Assembly (NCBI GenBank): GCA_034530875.2
Contig: JAVRCJ020000006.1
Location: 192,001-256,000 of the forward strand
Length of the DNA: 64,000 nt
Direction: 5' to 3'
Source of the DNA: Nostoc sp. DedSLP01
GTDB taxonomy: Bacteria; Cyanobacteriota; Cyanobacteriia; Cyanobacteriales; Nostocaceae
The notes under the pieces are model-generated. The model was given only the letters and a program-made list of their open reading frames with translations. It did not search any database and was not told where the DNA came from. Below are positions 1 to 8,984 of this stretch, one piece after another. Each line of letters opens with the position of its first letter. Position 1 is the first letter of the stretch. Made by a program: the position numbers and the translations under genes.

Positions 1-736
1 CGGAATTAGCAGCATCGAGTAATTCGTTAATTACCTGTAAGACAAATGTTGGTTTTGAACGTTCAGTTTCTGGTAATGCGGCGATCGCTCCGTCTACTGC
101 TGCCACTGAAGAAGTAAAATTAGTTTTAACTTTGCTATCTTTGGAATTAGATTTTACTAAATCTTGCAAACTCAGCAAAGTTGTCTTAAATTCTTTAACT
201 TTGCGTTCGTTAAGTTGGTCTTCTACATCAACATAAATCTCTTCGACTGGGTGTCCAATATGAGGTTCTGCTTGTTTTGGCTGATTCTTATCTAGCAGTT
301 CTTTTGCTACTAAAAGATGGCCTTTCATTAAGCCTAATTTCGACATGTAGTCAACATCTTTTGCTTCACCTGTTAAGACTACATCTTGAACGCCAACCTG
401 GTCTTTAATTTGGTCGAATTGCTCTTGAGTAATTACTTTTTTTGTAACTAAATCTTCTGGACTACCATAAGGACGATTCGCCTGAATTTTGTTAGATAAG
501 GCCGGTATACCTAGCTTGGCTTCAAATTTATCTAATTCTGACAATATCGCACTATTAATATTAATTTTTTCTTTGCTACTGTGACCGCTATGACTGCTAT
601 TACTTGCTGCTTCTGTAGCTTGAGGCGCAGCTGGTGGTGCTGATGGATTTTCTGCGGTTGGCGTACTGCTACAGGAACTCAAGCTAATTATTGCCGCAGT
701 CGCAACTGTTAAACATATATAACGAAGTTTTATCAT
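1..736 (-). CDS. Lipoprotein with helix-hairpin-helix (ComEA/PsbU-like) domain; runs off the window start
   Basis: Not in ORF track; translated by hand from ATG at 736 with GAGGAG SD: MIKLRYICLTVATAAIISLSSC (lipobox)...KININSAILSELDKFEAKLGIPALSNKIQANRPYGSPEDLV (HhH-like), then MKGHLLVA..PHIGHPVEEIY. Confidence 0.75.
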   Translation of the reverse strand, partial: MIKLRYICLTVATAAIISLSSCSSTPTAENPSAPPAAPQATEAASNSSHSGHSSKEKININSAILSELDKFEAKLGIPALSNKIQANRPYGSPEDLVTKKVITQEQFDQIKDQVGVQDVVLTGEAKDVDYMSKLGLMKGHLLVAKELLDKNQPKQAEPHIGHPVEEIYVDVEDQLNERKVKEFKTTLLSLQDLVKSNSKDSKVKTNFTSSVAAVDGAIAALPETERSKPTFVLQVINELLDAANS

Positions 737-839
737 TTTGCTCCTCACAGAATTTAAAAGGTATTAATTCAAACAGGTCAAACTAGTACTAAAAAGTAGT
801 TGTTTGACAATTTGTCATAGATTTTACTTTCGCATATAA

Positions 840-854
840 TGATATTCTTTATCA
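840..854. promoter_or_regulatory. Fur-family (Fur/Zur)-like box upstream of HhH lipoprotein gene
   Basis: TGATATTCTTTATCA, a 7-1-7 near-palindrome with 2 mismatches to TGATAATnATTATCA. Confidence 0.5.
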
Positions 855-937
855 ACAAGTTAATTTAAAATTTTCAGCAATTAATTACGAATTAGTTATC
901 TTGCGTTTAACTTCGCTAGAAATTACTAACTTTTTTG

Positions 938-1981
938 TCACGAATTGTTAACAGTCTTTTGAGACTTGCTGTCAGTAATTACTTCAAATTGACCCATACA
1001 ACCGTTTTCGGCGATCGCATCTTGATGGGGATGGAACATATACTTACCTGGATAGCGAAAAGCAAATTCTAAGATGTGCCTTTCTGCTATACCCATTGTG
1101 ATTACATCAGTTTTTTCGCTAGCAACCATACTCATGCCATAGCGATAGACATCAAAGAAGTTGGCGTGGAGATGAAAAGTTACTGCCGGATCGTATTCAA
1201 TAATGTTGAGTACATACAGCCGAATCAACTGATTTTGATAAATCGGAATGGGATGATGCATGTAATGATGGGGCAAACCATTGAAGGCGTAATAATCATT
1301 ACGACTATCATCATTCACGTCATATCCAGCCATCACTAGTACCATTTCGTCAGCTGGAGGACGAGGAGTAGGCGGATCGATGATAAACATCCCGTACAAT
1401 CCTTTAGCGATGTGACGGGTAACTGGTTCGATATGACAGTGATATAAGTGAACCCCATAAGGTTCGGCGTCAAATTCATAAATTGTGGCTTTGCCGTTGC
1501 TGACTGGGCGAATACCATCCATTTCTGCGGGATGAACGCCATGAAAATGCAAAGAGTGAGAATGTCCGGCATTGTTGAGAAAAAGCACTCGCACGCGATC
1601 GCCTTGTTTTGCCCGTAGCGTTGGTCCTGGTATGCGGCCGTTTAAATCCCAGATGTTGTATGAGACAGCGCTATTGAGTTGAATGATGGAAGTACCCGCA
1701 GTTAGCTGAAATTCTCGAATAGTACGCCCATTTTCTTTTTTCACCGTCCCATAATCAAAATCCCTTAGCATCTTCATGGGGTTAGCAACGTTGTCTGATG
1801 CTTCTAGATCGAGTGGCGGTACTTTAACAATTGACTGACTTTGTAGATTCAGCATTTGCCAAAGTCCGGCTGCACCAGTCACTCCCACACCTGCTAAACC
1901 CAGCTTCAGTAATTGACGGCGACTCCAGAGTTTATGACTTTTAACGCTTACCACTAAAAAAGAATTAAAAATTTTTTGCAA
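938..1981 (-). CDS. Tat-exported two-domain multicopper oxidase
   Basis: SRRQLLK twin-arginine signal; Cu motifs HSLHFH, HLYHCH, FHLHAN, MFHPH. Confidence 0.9.
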   Translation of the reverse strand: MQKIFNSFLVVSVKSHKLWSRRQLLKLGLAGVGVTGAAGLWQMLNLQSQSIVKVPPLDLEASDNVANPMKMLRDFDYGTVKKENGRTIREFQLTAGTSIIQLNSAVSYNIWDLNGRIPGPTLRAKQGDRVRVLFLNNAGHSHSLHFHGVHPAEMDGIRPVSNGKATIYEFDAEPYGVHLYHCHIEPVTRHIAKGLYGMFIIDPPTPRPPADEMVLVMAGYDVNDDSRNDYYAFNGLPHHYMHHPIPIYQNQLIRLYVLNIIEYDPAVTFHLHANFFDVYRYGMSMVASEKTDVITMGIAERHILEFAFRYPGKYMFHPHQDAIAENGCMGQFEVITDSKSQKTVNNS

Positions 1982-2004
1982 TTGTTCTTGTGTATATTAT
2001 ATGA

Positions 2005-2040
2005 ATTAGAAATTATTGTCAATAATATTGAGATATTTTC
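2005..2040. promoter_or_regulatory. Possible FurA-type AT-rich box upstream of multicopper oxidase
   Basis: Minus strand ATTGACAATAATTTCTAAT resembles a Fur 19-mer and lies just upstream of the start. Confidence 0.35.
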
Positions 2041-2701
2041 AGACTCCTGTCTAATACCGATTAGCTTTGAGGTTGCATAGAGCAAGGAGTTTAAGCCCTT
2101 TCTCTTCCATACTTAGATGTTGTCTAGTTTCACATAGAATTGACATTAGTTATTAAATTTAGAGAAACACAAAATCTATTCTGGAAAACTCTCAAGTAAA
2201 TTTTCTGGCGATCGGTATTGTTAGGTTTGTTTAATGTATATTATTTTTAAGTAAAATTAATTTTTTAGACTTCTATTTTAGATTTATAGGCTAATTCCTG
2301 TGTAAACAACACCTAACAAAAGGAGTTTGTAACTAAATGTCAGTAATAAACTGTTGCTAATAGGTAGCAGATTTAATTAACTAACAGATAAAATAAATCC
2401 AATTTGAAGGAATTTTGCATACTTCCCAACATGACAATTTTTAATAAATTTTGATATGTTATTTTCGTGTTATTGAAAACCGTATGTCATTTTTTTGTTA
2501 TTTGTATGGCATTGATGTGTAGATTCCTCCATCGCCATCAGTGAATATTGAAAGGATAGTATAGTATTCACTAAGGTCAAATTACCCAAGATATTTGATA
2601 GACGCTTGTCAAATAAGAAGTTTATCGTATATCTTTTTGCAATCAATCGGCATTATGCTCTTTGGTTGATAATTTCCCAAATTAATTATCTGAGGTCAAA
2701 A

Positions 2702-2893
2702 ATGACTACTTTTTCTCATATTTCAGTATTGCAAAAGACCGCAAGTATTACTTTGTCCAAGCCCGTGCAGATAACGCTTTATATGCTGCTATCTTCTTTA
2801 GTTATCTGGACTGTCTTGTTCTCTACCTATCCTGCGGTTCATAATGCAGCACACTCAACACGTCACCACACTTTAGGCGTTGCATGTCACTAA
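2702..2893 (+). CDS. cbtB: CbtB-domain small membrane protein (putative cobalt transporter subunit)
   Basis: 63 aa from ATG 2702; one TM helix then His-rich tail VHNAAHSTRHHTLGVACH typical of CbtB. Confidence 0.8.
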   Translation: MTTFSHISVLQKTASITLSKPVQITLYMLLSSLVIWTVLFSTYPAVHNAAHSTRHHTLGVACH

Positions 2894-2973
2894 ACTATCT
2901 AATTCCAAAATTTTTTCCTTGGATTAGATGATGATTTGACATCTAATAAAGTTAGCAAAACGGAATTCACAAG

Positions 2974-3010
2974 TCAGTCGTCAAAATTTATTTGGAATTT
3001 TGGCGGCTGA
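2974..3010 (+). terminator. Stem-loop downstream of cbtB
   Basis: TCAGTCGTCAAAATT...AATTTTGGCGGCTGA inverted repeat with G-U pairs. Confidence 0.45.
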
Positions 3011-3057
3011 TGGAAGAATAAAGGGAGTTTTTGAACTTCAACCAAAGAATATATCTG

Positions 3058-3218
3058 TAGGTTGTTAATTAGAAAAGCCCTAGCGACTAGAAGTCGCGGC
3101 TACACAGAAAAAACCCGCCTGCACGGGTTAAAAATCTAACTTTTTTAATAGTCCACGTAGGTGGACTTTGCCTGTGTAGTAGCGAATTATATTCGCCTAA
3201 TACTTTTCCAACATCCTC
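3058..3218. mobile_element. MITE-like element with internal palindromes
   Basis: Right end ACTTTTCCAACATCCTC matches the TIR of the 39430-39592 element; inverted homologue at 4456-4636. Confidence 0.7.
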
Positions 3219-3269
3219 TAACTCTTTTATTCTGAATTCTAAATTTTCAATTCTTCAACCTAAGTTTTT

Positions 3270-4439
3270 ATGAAAAAATATCGACTGTTTGGGTTTATCA
3301 GTGCTGTCTGCATCACTTTGTCAATTCTTTATTCTTTAGTAGGGAATTCTCAAACTCCTAGTTCTAGAGTGCTACTTTCTACGAACCCACCTTTAGAACG
3401 TATTCTTCCCTTTGAAGCAGAGGCAGAAAAACATCAATCTCCTGTTACCCTGACACTACAAGCTGTTGATGCTGCGGATAAATCCTTAAAAAATGCCAAA
3501 ATCAGCCTAGAAATTCTGACGCCACCATCTAACCCTTGGTTAACAACAGATTTTCCTATTGTCGAGGGAACAAAACTCTTACAAATGAATGCTGTTGCAC
3601 CTGATGGGAAACTAGAAATTCAGCAGATTTTACCCATCCGGGGAAATTATAAATTGCTAGTTAAAGTGTCACCTTTGATAGCAAATGCTTTTTCTCCTTA
3701 CGAGCAAACTTTAAATTTGAATGTCCGAGAAAATCCAGTCAAATATAAATATTTTGTCGTTATTGCAGCTATTTTACTATCAGTTGGATTGGTGGGGGGT
3801 TGGGTAATCGGCGGACAACAAGAACTACAAGAAGGAGAAATTGCGCCCCAGTCAGTGCGACTATTATTAAGTACCTTGACAGTAGTAGCGATCGCAGCTC
3901 TATTGTTTATTAACATTAGTGCAGAAGTTGCTGAAGCTCATGGTAGCGAACACCACTCAAACAGTACCGAGGTAATTGCACCATCATCCCAAAAATCGCA
4001 AGGATTGGAAATTCAACTCCAGGGAGATAAAAACGCCACTGTCGGTAAACTTGCTTCTTTAGGGCTAGAGGTGAAAGATAGCGCTACAGGACAACCGATT
4101 AAAGATGTAATATTGCAAGTAAAAGCGATCGCTCTCGAACATAATTTAACAGTCTTTGCCTCCAAAGGGCTTACCGACCGAGAAGGTAAGTTAACATGGC
4201 AAGAGCAATTTTTTGATGGTTCACCCCATAAAATCGAGGTGGAAGCAATTACCAACCCAGAATCTAGTCGGCAATTTACACCAGTAAAAGTAGCACAAGA
4301 AGTTGAAGTTGAAGCGATCGCACCACCAATTTATATCCGATTGATTGGTTTATTCTACTTCACTGTTATTGTCGGTATTGGTATGGGCATTGGATTGCTA
4401 ATACAGCATCGACGAACACCACAAGCAAGGGAAAATTAG
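3270..4439 (+). CDS. Hypothetical membrane protein with two beta-rich extracytoplasmic domains and a His-rich linker
   Basis: 389 aa; N-terminal signal/TM, central TM pair, AHGSEHHS, C-terminal TM. Confidence 0.75.
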   Translation: MKKYRLFGFISAVCITLSILYSLVGNSQTPSSRVLLSTNPPLERILPFEAEAEKHQSPVTLTLQAVDAADKSLKNAKISLEILTPPSNPWLTTDFPIVEGTKLLQMNAVAPDGKLEIQQILPIRGNYKLLVKVSPLIANAFSPYEQTLNLNVRENPVKYKYFVVIAAILLSVGLVGGWVIGGQQELQEGEIAPQSVRLLLSTLTVVAIAALLFINISAEVAEAHGSEHHSNSTEVIAPSSQKSQGLEIQLQGDKNATVGKLASLGLEVKDSATGQPIKDVILQVKAIALEHNLTVFASKGLTDREGKLTWQEQFFDGSPHKIEVEAITNPESSRQFTPVKVAQEVEVEAIAPPIYIRLIGLFYFTVIVGIGMGIGLLIQHRRTPQAREN

Positions 4440-4455
4440 TAATATCCAGTTTTAT

Positions 4456-4636
4456 AGTATTGGGCGAATGGAATTCGCTACTACACAAACGTAGGCGAAG
4501 CCTTCCCGAAGGGTAATCCACCTCCGTGGACTAAAGAAAAATCAAGTTTTTTAACCCACGGAGGTGGGTTTTGTCTGTGTAGCCGCAAATTCTATTCGCC
4601 AAGGCTAGTAATAAATTAGACTTTTCAAACAACCTC
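4456..4636. mobile_element. MITE-like element, inverted copy of 3058-3218, with a small nested insertion
   Basis: Reverse-complement similarity to 3058-3218; end ACTTTTCAAACAACCTC followed by TTA; extra ~25 nt at ~4490-4514. Confidence 0.7.
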
Positions 4637-4692
4637 TTAATAAAGGCTGGAATTGTTACTCCAAACCTTTAATTATTGAACCTTGATATTAT

Positions 4693-6321
4693 ATGTTCAA
4701 CAGACAATCGGTAGTTACTAAACATTTTCCTCCAACAGCAATTGCAAAACATTTTCCTCCAATTTGGCTCCGATTTTTAATCGTTATTTTGTTAATATTA
4801 GGGATATTTTTTCGCTTCGCATATCTGGATAGAAAAGTCTACTCCCACGATGAAGCGTATACCTCATTACGAATTTCTGGTTACACTAAGACAGAATTTG
4901 TTCGACAAGTATTTAACGGTCAAGTGTTTGCTGTTGGAGATATACAAAAATATCAACAGCCTAATTCTGAAAAAAGTTTAATCAATACAATCAATTCTTT
5001 GGCAGTGGAGGATGCTCAACATCCTCCACTTTATTACGTAATGGTTAGATTATGGATGCAATTTTTTGGCAATTCAGTAGCGACTACAAGAAGCTTGTCA
5101 GCCATAATTAGCCTCCTAGCTTTTCCATGCATTTATTGGCTATGCTTAGAATTATTTCAGTCACCCATAGCGGTATGGATAAGCGTTGCCTTTCTAACAG
5201 TCTCACCCTTCCATCTGCTATATGCACAAGAGGCAAGAGAGTTCAGTTTGTGGATGGTGACTATTTTGCTAGAGAGTGCTGCACTGCTGCAAGCAATCAG
5301 GCTGCGTAACAAGAAGTTTTGGGGGATTTATGCAGTAACAGTGGCGCTAGGATTATACACCTTTTTGTTTTCTGGATTGCTGGCGATCGCCTACGGTATT
5401 TATGTATTTGCTATTGAACGCTTTCGATTCACTAAAATTGTTAAAGCTTATTTAATAGCAACTAGCGTCGGCTTTTTAGCTTTTATTCCTTGGATTTTAA
5501 TTCTTATTAATAGCTTATCTGAAATTGAGCGCACAACAGCCAGCGCTCAAGCTAAACAATCTCTGTCAATTTTGATTTCTGGTTGGATTAGTAATATTAG
5601 CTATTTATTTGCTGATTTTTGGCGCTACGAACCATTTTTTCCAGATTTAAATTTGCCAGTTTTGCGCTGGGGTAGATTTTTAATTCCCTTAATACTAATC
5701 TTGGTAGTATATTCATTTTTATATCTTTATAATCAGGCAGGTAAACAAGTTTGGTTATTTATTTTTCTGTTAGGTGGAGTACCTGCTTTAGCTCTCATTT
5801 TACCCGATCTAATTATTGGAGGTAAAGTCAGTCTGCGACCTAGATATGTCACTGTGTCTTATGTAAGCATTCAGCTAGCTGTTGCTTATTTACTAGCAGC
5901 TCAAATTATTTCTTCTAAATTAATAGTCCGCAAATTTTGGCAATTAGTAATGGTAATACTAATTTCTAGTGGAGTTTTATCCTGTGCAGTCAGTTCTCAA
6001 GCCCAGACATGGTGGAATAAAAGCAGCCATACCAATCCTCAAATAGCTCGCATCATCAATCAAACTAACGAACCACTATTAATTAGTAGTAATTATTCCT
6101 TAAATATCGGCGATTTAATGTCTTTAATTCATCTTTTAGATAACAAAGTACAGATGCAATTGGTAATTGAACCAAGCATACCAAAGATTCCTAATAATTT
6201 CAGCGATATATTTTTGTATAATCCTTCTAAAAGATTTAGAGCCGAACTGGAGAAGAAATACAAACTAGTTGATATTTTTCACAATAGTAGGCTGTGGCAG
6301 CTAGAACAGAAAAGCAGCTAA
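4693..6321 (+). CDS. Glycosyltransferase family 39 (PMT/ArnT-like, GT-C) membrane protein
   Basis: YSHDEAYT, HPPLYY, SPFHLLYAQEAREFSL motifs; multiple TM helices. Confidence 0.85.
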   Translation: MFNRQSVVTKHFPPTAIAKHFPPIWLRFLIVILLILGIFFRFAYLDRKVYSHDEAYTSLRISGYTKTEFVRQVFNGQVFAVGDIQKYQQPNSEKSLINTINSLAVEDAQHPPLYYVMVRLWMQFFGNSVATTRSLSAIISLLAFPCIYWLCLELFQSPIAVWISVAFLTVSPFHLLYAQEAREFSLWMVTILLESAALLQAIRLRNKKFWGIYAVTVALGLYTFLFSGLLAIAYGIYVFAIERFRFTKIVKAYLIATSVGFLAFIPWILILINSLSEIERTTASAQAKQSLSILISGWISNISYLFADFWRYEPFFPDLNLPVLRWGRFLIPLILILVVYSFLYLYNQAGKQVWLFIFLLGGVPALALILPDLIIGGKVSLRPRYVTVSYVSIQLAVAYLLAAQIISSKLIVRKFWQLVMVILISSGVLSCAVSSQAQTWWNKSSHTNPQIARIINQTNEPLLISSNYSLNIGDLMSLIHLLDNKVQMQLVIEPSIPKIPNNFSDIFLYNPSKRFRAELEKKYKLVDIFHNSRLWQLEQKSS

Positions 6322-6433
6322 ATTTTATATAGCATTTCTTTTGGATTCTCAATAATTTAGTATATTTTTTAAGTAAAATTTTATTATTAGCAAGGTTATA
6401 AAATTAAAAATTTTCAGAGAAATTAAGAGAAAA

Positions 6434-7579
6434 ATGCTGACAAAAATTGCTGTGGAAAAAATTCTTGAGCGTGCTTTGATGGGGTACGATTTATCTCCTG
6501 AAGAGGGGGTGGTATTGTTACAACAAAGCGATCCGGAGACGATCGCGGCAATACGTACCACATCTGATACACTCCGCCATACACAAGCAGGCGATACAGT
6601 TACCTACGTGATAAATCGTAATATTAATTTTACTAATATTTGCGAACAGCACTGTAGCTTTTGTGCTTTCCGTCGAGATGATGGCGATACAGAAGCATAT
6701 TGGTTAGATTGGGCGCAAATTTTGGAAAAGGCTACAGATGCAGTGCAACGGGGTGCAACGGAAATCTGTATGCAGGGGGGATTAAATCCACAAGCACAAA
6801 TCAACGGCAAATCATTATCCTACTACCTCAAGCTCATAGAAACCATCAAACAGGAATTTCCCCGGATACATCTCCACGCTTTCTCTCCCCAGGAAGTGCA
6901 GTTTATCGCCAGACTTGACGGACTTGAATATGCTGATGTCATCGCTGCTTTACGAGATGCTGGTGTTGGTTCAATGCCAGGAACAGCAGCAGAAGTTTTA
7001 GATGATACAGTCAGACGGATACTTTGCCCAGAAAAAATTGATACGGCGACTTGGCTAGAAATTGTCAGCACTGCTCATAAATTAGGCTTGCATACCACGA
7101 GTACCATGCTATCTGGGCATATTGAAACCCACGAACAGCAAATTGGGCATTTAGAAAAACTGCGATCGCTGCAAAAAATAGCCGTCGAGCAAGGATATCC
7201 AGCACGAATTACAGAGTTTATTTTATTACCCTTCGTTGGTCAAGAAGCACCCAAACCTTTACGTCGTCGTGTCGGACGCGACCAACCAGTTTTGCAAGAT
7301 GCACTTCTACTAGGGGCTGTAGCCCGGATTTACTTAGGAAATTGGATTCCCAATCATCAGCAGAGTTGGGTAAAACTGGGACTTGCAGGTGCAACAGAAG
7401 CCTTAGCTTGGGGCTGCAACGATATCGGCGGCACATTAATGGAAGAACACATTACCACAATGGCAGGAGCCTTGGGCGGTACGTGCATGGAAGTAGAAGC
7501 ATTACAAACAGCGATCGCTTCCTTAGGACGACCTTACCAACAACGGGATACTCTTTATCAAAGAGTCATTAGTCATTAG
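6434..7579 (+). CDS. cofH: FO synthase subunit CofH (radical SAM)
   Basis: [19 protein letters not shown] (CxxxCxxC), [24 protein letters not shown]. Confidence 0.9.
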   Translation: MLTKIAVEKILERALMGYDLSPEEGVVLLQQSDPETIAAIRTTSDTLRHTQAGDTVTYVINRNINFTNICEQHCSFCAFRRDDGDTEAYWLDWAQILEKATDAVQRGATEICMQGGLNPQAQINGKSLSYYLKLIETIKQEFPRIHLHAFSPQEVQFIARLDGLEYADVIAALRDAGVGSMPGTAAEVLDDTVRRILCPEKIDTATWLEIVSTAHKLGLHTTSTMLSGHIETHEQQIGHLEKLRSLQKIAVEQGYPARITEFILLPFVGQEAPKPLRRRVGRDQPVLQDALLLGAVARIYLGNWIPNHQQSWVKLGLAGATEALAWGCNDIGGTLMEEHITTMAGALGGTCMEVEALQTAIASLGRPYQQRDTLYQRVISH

Positions 7580-7692
7580 TCATTAGTCATTGGGCAAACA
7601 ATGAGTGTGGGAGGAGAAGGAGGAGAGGGGGGCATAAATTCTGTTTCTCCCCACACTCCCCACACTCCCCTGCCTATTCCCCATTCCCCACT
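7564..7692. repeat. Heptamer tandem repeat (AGTCATT x4) followed by a G-rich/C-rich modular hairpin repeat
   Basis: Direct reading; related copies at 24997, 26143, 35553, 52028. Confidence 0.8.
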
Positions 7693-7756
7693 AAATTGAT
7701 CCCCAAGATACCAATCCAGGATACGATGGACGTTGATTTACGTAGTCTTTCAGTTA

Positions 7757-8158
7757 ATGCTTATGAAGCGCTATTGGTCGCGTCTGCTTGCGCTCGTTTT
7801 AGTTGTAGCTATCGGCTTAATGGGCTGTTCTAGTCCAGATACTTTGACTGGTGATTATCGCCAAGACACTTTGGCTGTGGTCAATATTATGAGACAAGCC
7901 ATAGAACTTTCACCAGATTCACCAAACAAAGGAGCAATTCAAGCAGAAGCGCGTCAAAAAATAAATGACTTTTCAGCTCGCTATCAACGAGCCAACTCTG
8001 TTTCTGGTCTTGGTTCCTTTACAACTATGCGAACAGCCCTCAATTCTCTAGCTGGACATTACAGTTCTTACCCTAATCGTCCTGTACCTGAAAAACTCAA
8101 AAACCGTTTAGAGAAAGAGTTACAACAGGTAGAATCAGCCCTCAAGCGTGGCGGTTAA
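7757..8158 (+). CDS. psb27: Photosystem II assembly lipoprotein Psb27
   Basis: Lipobox LMGC; LTGDYRQDTL, SFTTMRTALNSLAGHYSSY..RPVPEKLK. Confidence 0.95.
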   Translation: MLMKRYWSRLLALVLVVAIGLMGCSSPDTLTGDYRQDTLAVVNIMRQAIELSPDSPNKGAIQAEARQKINDFSARYQRANSVSGLGSFTTMRTALNSLAGHYSSYPNRPVPEKLKNRLEKELQQVESALKRGG

Positions 8159-8362
8159 ATTTTAAAAAACCAAAGGAGTAGGGAGTAGGAGGGAAGAAAG
8201 TGTTTCTTTCATTTGTAGTTGGTGGTGCGCCACCTGTGCTCCTGCTCTTAACTATTACCTATTCCATAATTAAGAGTCACAAGTTCCAAATTTTGATTTT
8301 CGAGCGAGAGTGGAGACGCAAACACTCCGACTCCACTCTTGACTAAGTTTTTAATTTAAATT

Positions 8363-8472
8363 TAAGTAAGAGTTGAAAATTTTAAGCTAAACAAATTTAT
8401 AGCTACTTCATGGAAGTTGGTGTATCTTTAGTTCAAAAATTCCTTTGATTTTGGTAGATTTTCACCTACTTA
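8363..8472. mobile_element. Degenerate MITE with TAAGTA(G)..CCTACTTA ends
   Basis: Ends match the elements at 34008-34112 and 58228-58351. Confidence 0.4.
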
Positions 8473-8547
8473 GATAGATGCAAATTCTACCTCATACTCC
8501 ACTAAACTTATTTTGTATTTATACCTATTTGAAAAAAGAATGCGAGA

Positions 8548-8735
8548 GGTCTATTGTATGGGGGCGCAGAACTAGCTGTGCGCCCCTACTATTTAGCTTA
8601 TTCAAAGAAAAATCGCTGTATATGTTTTATACTTCGATTTATCGAAACAATCGGGTCTAAAACCGGGCTTCGCCCCGCTACGTTCGCGGAGCGTCTCGTT
8701 GACGTAGCCTCTCGTAGAGAAGAGAAGACAGCCTT
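8548..8735. repeat. REP-like palindrome plus nested small dispersed repeats (SDR-like)
   Basis: GGGGCGCA..TGCGCCCC palindrome; GCGTCTCGT[TGACGTAGCCTCTCGTAGAGAAG]AGAAG nested unit, similar to 20165-20290. Confidence 0.65.
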
Positions 8736-8984
8736 TTAAAGCGAAAAGTTTTTGGAGCGGGGTATAATCCCCCTTACAAAAAGGGCCTCCTGCCCCCTGC
8801 CTCTTGCCTCCTGTCTTCGTTAAGTATTTATGTGTTTATAAAAATACGGCACAGAAATATATCTTTAGCAGTCTTGAAGAGGTAGGTTTTAAAACCTAGA
8901 TTACTCAAGTGTATAGTTTGATACACCTTACTCGCTATTATCTGAGTTCGAGTAGTCGATTTCTATGTCCATCTACTAGTCGGT

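Noticed and set aside
2052..2149. Possible degenerate MITE (CTAATACCGATT..AATTGACATTAG)
   Set aside because: Inverted ends too mismatched and no second copy in the window
4720..4762. Short duplication (KHFPP twice) at the GT39 N-terminus
   Set aside because: Small local duplication before the first TM helix with no evident consequence
6434..7579. MqnC/MqnE (futalosine pathway) as an alternative call for cofH
   Set aside because: Motifs fit CofH, and menB/menD show the classical naphthoquinone pathway is present
7564..7692. Tandem repeats considered as a possible CRISPR array (also 14739, 37817, 50381)
   Set aside because: 7-9-bp units without unique spacers and no cas genes; these are ordinary cyanobacterial short tandem repeats
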